Origin: a virus
Virus record (IMG/VR): IMGVR_UViG_3300044825_002608
Span: 35,658-99,657 of that record
DNA: 64,000 bases
Direction: 5' to 3' (one strand)
The notes below the pieces were generated by a model, which did no database searches, was not told the DNA's origin, and was given only the letters and a program-made list of their open reading frames with translations. Position numbers and translations under genes: made by a program. Of this stretch, positions 59,762 to 64,000 are shown piece by piece; position 1 is the first letter of the stretch; each line of letters opens with the position of its first letter.

Positions 59762-60205
59762 CTAAAAAAGTTCATTCTCAGTAATGACTTTAAACTCATA
59801 TCCACGATCAGCACACCATTCTTTTGCTGCTCCCCATTTTGCTTGATTTTTGGCGTACTCATAGACTTCACTAATATATCTTTTTGTTTGTCTCTTGGGT
59901 TTGGATGGTGGAACAGTTTGTTTTGACGGTTTAATTTCAATCATATATTTTTTGATAGTACCATTAGATTCTCTGACTTTAATTAGAAAATCGGGGTAGT
60001 ACCGGTGGGGTTTCCCGTCCACTGGAGATTTATACCACACAAACATTTCTTCACTGGAATATTCTAAAATATTTTCGTTCATATCACAATAATAAAGAAA
60101 TTTTCTTTCCCAACTTGATCTATAATATATTTCGCAAATATTTCCTTTGTATTTTTCAGGATTTGCTGGTTTATATTTTCCCTGTAAAAATTTTTTTCTA
60201 CTCAT
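59762..60205 (-). CDS. gp4: head completion nuclease gp4
   Basis: GKYKPANPEKYKG, YRSSWE, RYYPDF, IEIKP, NQAKW. Confidence 0.92.
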   Translation of the reverse strand: MSRKKFLQGKYKPANPEKYKGNICEIYYRSSWERKFLYYCDMNENILEYSSEEMFVWYKSPVDGKPHRYYPDFLIKVRESNGTIKKYMIEIKPSKQTVPPSKPKRQTKRYISEVYEYAKNQAKWGAAKEWCADRGYEFKVITENELF

Positions 60206-60776
60206 ATTTTTTCCACCCTTTATGACTTTTATTTCTTCCAGCAACTACTTGTTGTAAGCAACCAATGCTTAAATTATTGTCTTTTGCAAATTTAGTAAGA
60301 TTTTTAATTTCCACTACTTTTCCAGTTGGATCTATTAACTTATATTCTTTACTATTTTTTTCAGATATTTTCTTTTTTATTTCATCTGAAATTTTTTTCC
60401 CTTTATTAGGACTTGTGTTATTTTCATAATATTTTTTTATATTTACACTCATTTTTTCTCTGGTTTCTTTATTGTGGGTTTTTCCATACATTGGATTTAG
60501 TTTTCCAAATCTAGCACTGCCATACATACCATTTTTTTCACCACAATTTATCCTAGAGTTTCTGAAATTTTCATCTGTTTCATGTAAAAATTTTGTCCGT
60601 TCACCTATCATTTTTCTAACTTCTTCTGTATGTGTTTTTCCATAGAACCCATTTTTATAACCACTACATCCACCATCATTATCACTTGTGAAAAACTCTT
60701 CAATAATTTGCTCACTTCCTAGATTGAAAATTTCATTAAGTTTTTTTGTGCTAAATTTATAATAAATTCTTTTCAT
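60198..60776 (-). CDS. NUMOD3/HTH DNA-binding protein (homing-endonuclease derived, no recognisable nuclease domain)
   Basis: NGFYGKTHTEE, NPMYGKTH, PNKGKK repeats; C-terminal NLTKFAKDNNL...HKGW. Confidence 0.7.
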   Translation of the reverse strand: MKRIYYKFSTKKLNEIFNLGSEQIIEEFFTSDNDGGCSGYKNGFYGKTHTEEVRKMIGERTKFLHETDENFRNSRINCGEKNGMYGSARFGKLNPMYGKTHNKETREKMSVNIKKYYENNTSPNKGKKISDEIKKKISEKNSKEYKLIDPTGKVVEIKNLTKFAKDNNLSIGCLQQVVAGRNKSHKGWKKYE

Positions 60777-60872
60777 ATTGAAGATATTTTTATTCCATAT
60801 TATTTATAATTAATATTTCCCCTTATAAGACATCTAAATAACTATACTAAACGCTCATAATAGGTATTTAGA

Positions 60873-61682
60873 GTGGCAACACCACGTAGAATATCGGATA
60901 TTAGACCACTATTTACTAATCTTGCACAAACTTCTCATTATGAAGTAAAGTTTGGAGGTTTACCAAATCAATTAAAATCATACTTAGGTCGAAGAGGAAT
61001 TACCGAAAGATTTATTACTGAAGATGCTGGGTTGCTATGCAATAATGCAGTTTTACCGACAACACAACTAGCAACTGCAGAAATATCAGGTAACTATATT
61101 GGTATTACTGAAACATTTGCACATCGTAGAGTATATCAAGATATAAGTCTTGAGTTCTATGTGGATAAAAATTATAAAACATTAAAGTTTTTAGAACATT
61201 GGATGGAATTCATTGCAAGTGGATCTACAAATCCAATTGATGGTATTAATCAACCAATTAATGGGAACGTTGATGTGGGATACTTTGCAAGAATGCAATA
61301 TCCTGAATACTATAAATCTAATCAAACTAGAATTATAAAATTCGATCGTGACTACCAACAAGAAATAGAATATACTTTTATAGGATTATATCCATACAGC
61401 ATTGCTTCTATCCCAGTTTCCTATACACAATCTGATGTGATGAAAATGCAAGCAACATTTAAAATAGATCGTTATGTAATTGGAAAATCTTATAGTATTG
61501 ATTACTACAGAGAAACTGCAAATAACATTCAACCTGCACAACCCAATCTACCTGTACAAAGTTCTGAAAAAGTTCAAAAACCATTATTAGTTCCAAGATC
61601 ACCTGGATCTATACCATCAAATGGAGTTGAATTTTTACCTAATAATAAATCATTATATGAGTCACTTTATGGTAATAAATAA
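60873..61682 (+). CDS. tail tube initiator / tail-tube-fold protein (gp54/gp19-like)
   Basis: LLCNNAVLP...ISLEFYVD...FLEHWMEFI...LYPYSI; precedes gp26. Confidence 0.7.
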   Translation: MATPRRISDIRPLFTNLAQTSHYEVKFGGLPNQLKSYLGRRGITERFITEDAGLLCNNAVLPTTQLATAEISGNYIGITETFAHRRVYQDISLEFYVDKNYKTLKFLEHWMEFIASGSTNPIDGINQPINGNVDVGYFARMQYPEYYKSNQTRIIKFDRDYQQEIEYTFIGLYPYSIASIPVSYTQSDVMKMQATFKIDRYVIGKSYSIDYYRETANNIQPAQPNLPVQSSEKVQKPLLVPRSPGSIPSNGVEFLPNNKSLYESLYGNK

Positions 61683-61705
61683 TCCTAACTGACTTATAGG
61701 TTGAT

Positions 61706-62425
61706 ATGCCATTACCAAAAATTGAAACTCCATCATATAGTTTAGAAATTCCATCTCTTAAAAAAGAAATTAAATATAGACCCTTTCTTGTTAAAGAAGA
61801 AAAGATTCTAATCATTGCACTGGAAAGTGAAGACTCTAAACAAATTGCTGATGCTGTTAAAAATGTTATTAGCAATTGCATCTTGACAAAAGGAGTAAAA
61901 GTAGATCAACTTGCTATTTTTGACATTGAGTATTTGTTTTTAAATATTCGTGGGAAATCTGTTGGAGAAACTGTTGACGTTTTAATTACCTGTCCAGATG
62001 ATCAAAATACTCAAGTTCCAGTTAGCATTAATCTTGATGATATAAAAATTAATATCAGTAAAGAACATTCTAGAGATATTAAAATAGATGATAATTTAAC
62101 TCTAAGAATGAAATATCCTTCAATGAAGGAATTTATTAAGACTAACTTTGAAAATAATTTTGATATAAGTGTTGATGATACTTTTGATTTGATTCTATCA
62201 TGTATCGAACAAATTTATAGTGAAGAAGAATCTTGGTCAGCATCAGATTGTACGAAAAAAGAACTTTCCGATTTCATTGAGCAATTAAGTCCAAAAAAAT
62301 TCAAAGAAGTTGAAAAATTCTTTGCAACGATGCCTAAACTTTCTCATAAAATCAAGATTAGAAATCCAAACACAGATGTTGAGAGTGAAGTTCTACTGGA
62401 GGGACTAACAAGTTTTTTCGCCTAG
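61706..62425 (+). CDS. gp26: baseplate hub assembly protein gp26
   Basis: MPLPKI.TP.Y, YRPFLVKEEKILI, FDIEYLFLNIRGKSVGE, LEGLTSFF. Confidence 0.9.
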   Translation: MPLPKIETPSYSLEIPSLKKEIKYRPFLVKEEKILIIALESEDSKQIADAVKNVISNCILTKGVKVDQLAIFDIEYLFLNIRGKSVGETVDVLITCPDDQNTQVPVSINLDDIKINISKEHSRDIKIDDNLTLRMKYPSMKEFIKTNFENNFDISVDDTFDLILSCIEQIYSEEESWSASDCTKKELSDFIEQLSPKKFKEVEKFFATMPKLSHKIKIRNPNTDVESEVLLEGLTSFFA

Positions 62426-62427
62426 CG

Positions 62428-62598
62428 ATGGCTCATGAAAATCTTGAGTCATACTATAAAACTAATTTTTCTCTCATTCAACATCATCACTGGTCTTTAA
62501 CTGAAATAGAAAATCTTGTACCATGGGAAAGAGAAGTTTATATTGCTCTTCTCAAACAATATATTGAGCAAGAAAATTTAAAAAATCAACAACAATAA
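62428..62598 (+). CDS. gp51: baseplate hub assembly catalyst gp51-like (56 aa; absent from the ORF track)
   Basis: YYKTNFSLIQHHHWSLTEIENLVPWEREVYIALL. Confidence 0.85.
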   Translation: MAHENLESYYKTNFSLIQHHHWSLTEIENLVPWEREVYIALLKQYIEQENLKNQQQ

Positions 62599-62602
62599 AA
62601 TA

Positions 62603-63229
62603 TTATTTTATTTTTTCAACTTTCACAATATCTTTGTGTTTTTTTCTAATATCTTTATATACACTATGAATGTTTGCAACATTATAATTATTTTCTTTTG
62701 CCCAAGTATATAATCCACATATTGTAGTTATATTTCCATTAGAATGTGTAATTTTCCACCAATTAGAATGTGAATGTTTTTCTCCTAAATGTGATTTGCT
62801 CATTTTTTGCCTTGTTTCGAATGATACCAATTTTCCATATCTAGGATTATTTTTTCCAACATTTGCTTTTCTTAATTTTTCTTTATGTTCATTTGAAAGG
62901 ATTTTATTTTTGTTTACTTTACTCAAATTAGTTTTAAATTCTAAAGAACGAATGGATCCACTGGCACCCTCTCCACCATCAGTTTTATTAAGAAGGATAC
63001 CAGTTCCTAAGTCCTTCCTACCAAGAACAGCAATCATATAAATTTCATGCTTAAATGCTTTCTCTTCTGTTAAATTCTTTTTTAAAAAAATTATTCTACT
63101 TTTATCTTTTGGAGGTTTTACACCCTTTCTACTTTTATATAATCTGTTATTACTTCCCTTACCAATATAATAAGGAGTTTTATTTTCTCTTAAATATGCG
63201 TAAGTGTAAAACCTATTAGGATTTACCAT
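62603..63229 (-). CDS. free-standing GIY-YIG-like homing endonuclease with NUMOD3
   Basis: N-terminal ~90 aa closely match ORF 50470; inserted antisense between gp51 and the next gene. Confidence 0.85.
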   Translation of the reverse strand: MVNPNRFYTYAYLRENKTPYYIGKGSNNRLYKSRKGVKPPKDKSRIIFLKKNLTEEKAFKHEIYMIAVLGRKDLGTGILLNKTDGGEGASGSIRSLEFKTNLSKVNKNKILSNEHKEKLRKANVGKNNPRYGKLVSFETRQKMSKSHLGEKHSHSNWWKITHSNGNITTICGLYTWAKENNYNVANIHSVYKDIRKKHKDIVKVEKIK

Positions 63230-63383
63230 AACTGCTCTTTAGTTGACTGCATTAATATTTATATTGCAAAGGAGAGTATTTCTACCCTCCAAACCTGTAG
63301 AGATTGCAGTCAACTTCAGGCAATGTTATTTATATTGCAATAAATAAAGTATATTGAAGAAGAAAACTTAAAGAACAACGCAA

Positions 63384-64000
63384 ATGGCTGAATTAGATCC
63401 CGAAAAAGTTGGTACATCTGGATTTGATCCAGGAACGGGATCTCCCTTGTCTCAAGAAGTTAGAAATGCACTTTTAAAAAAATCAACAATTGATAGATCT
63501 ATTTTTAGAAATGAGTTACTAGAATCTGAAAATAGAAAAAGAGAAATTGATACACAAAATGTTATAGTGATTCAATCTCAAGAACAAGCACTCTTGGGAT
63601 TTAACTCTAATATTCAAGCACTAAGAAATGATATCGGAAAATTAGGTGTAGGATTATCTAACATTGCACTTTTACTCCGACAAGATAATGCTGAAGAAAC
63701 AGAAAGAATTAAAATTCAACAAGAAAAGGAAAGAAGACTTGTCGAGCAAAGAGTTAGGATTGGTAGAGAAAGTGAAATAGAGCAAAAGATACAAAGTGCT
63801 CTTGTTGCACCAGTTCAAAGACTAGTTCCACAAGTAAACGATGTATTTGGAAGAATAGGAGCAGCTCTTGGAATTTTATTTGGTGGATGGTTAACTAATC
63901 AAGTTGTTCAGGCAATAAAGGCATCTGAAGAAGGTAATACAAAATTATTCAATGATATTAGGTTTAATATTATTAAAAACTTAGCAATAGTTGGTGGAGG
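63384..64000 (+). CDS. long helical structural protein (tape-measure/baseplate-hub-like), 3'-truncated by the window
   Basis: Open from ATG 63384 to the window end; coiled-coil followed by an amphipathic/hydrophobic segment; follows gp26-gp51. Confidence 0.6.
   Translation, partial: MAELDPEKVGTSGFDPGTGSPLSQEVRNALLKKSTIDRSIFRNELLESENRKREIDTQNVIVIQSQEQALLGFNSNIQALRNDIGKLGVGLSNIALLLRQDNAEETERIKIQQEKERRLVEQRVRIGRESEIEQKIQSALVAPVQRLVPQVNDVFGRIGAALGILFGGWLTNQVVQAIKASEEGNTKLFNDIRFNIIKNLAIVGG

Noticed and set aside
1-64000. tRNA or rRNA genes
   Set aside because: No cloverleaf with T-loop/D-loop consensus and no rRNA-like segment was seen in the intergenic regions.

Overview
A 64 kb AT-rich segment of a T4-like cyanophage (cyanomyovirus) genome. 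In order: (1) 1-13.3 kb, a surface-glycan cluster (C-methyltransferase, GDP-fucose synthase, GT4/GT6/GT11/GT25 glycosyltransferases, methyltransferases) with a nucleotidyltransferase-cupin-RuBisCO-like protein-phosphodiesterase module embedded in it. (2) 13.3-19.8 kb, a photosynthesis module: two hli genes, psbA split by two group I introns, an EndoVII-type endonuclease, a LOG-family gene, psbD and an HNH gene. (3) 19.9-40.7 kb, five tail-fibre/adhesin genes, including a 3589-aa protein that parses as a nested tree of eleven 7-repeat beta-propeller units. (4) 40.7-46 kb, a second glycosyl/methyltransferase cluster. (5) 46-64 kb, T4 core genes: glutaredoxin, thyX, phoH, exonuclease, gp33, gp59, gp32 split by a group I intron, a Mom-like pseudogene, gp53, gp48, gp2, gp4, a gp54/gp19-like gene, gp26, gp51 and a tape-measure-like gene. 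Many homing endonucleases are interspersed; three carry a conserved upstream promoter-small RNA-terminator-promoter cassette. A tandem glutamine-riboswitch-like leader precedes a Gln-rich DUF4278-like peptide. No tRNA, rRNA or CRISPR array was seen. All calls come from reading motifs by eye; no database searches were run.
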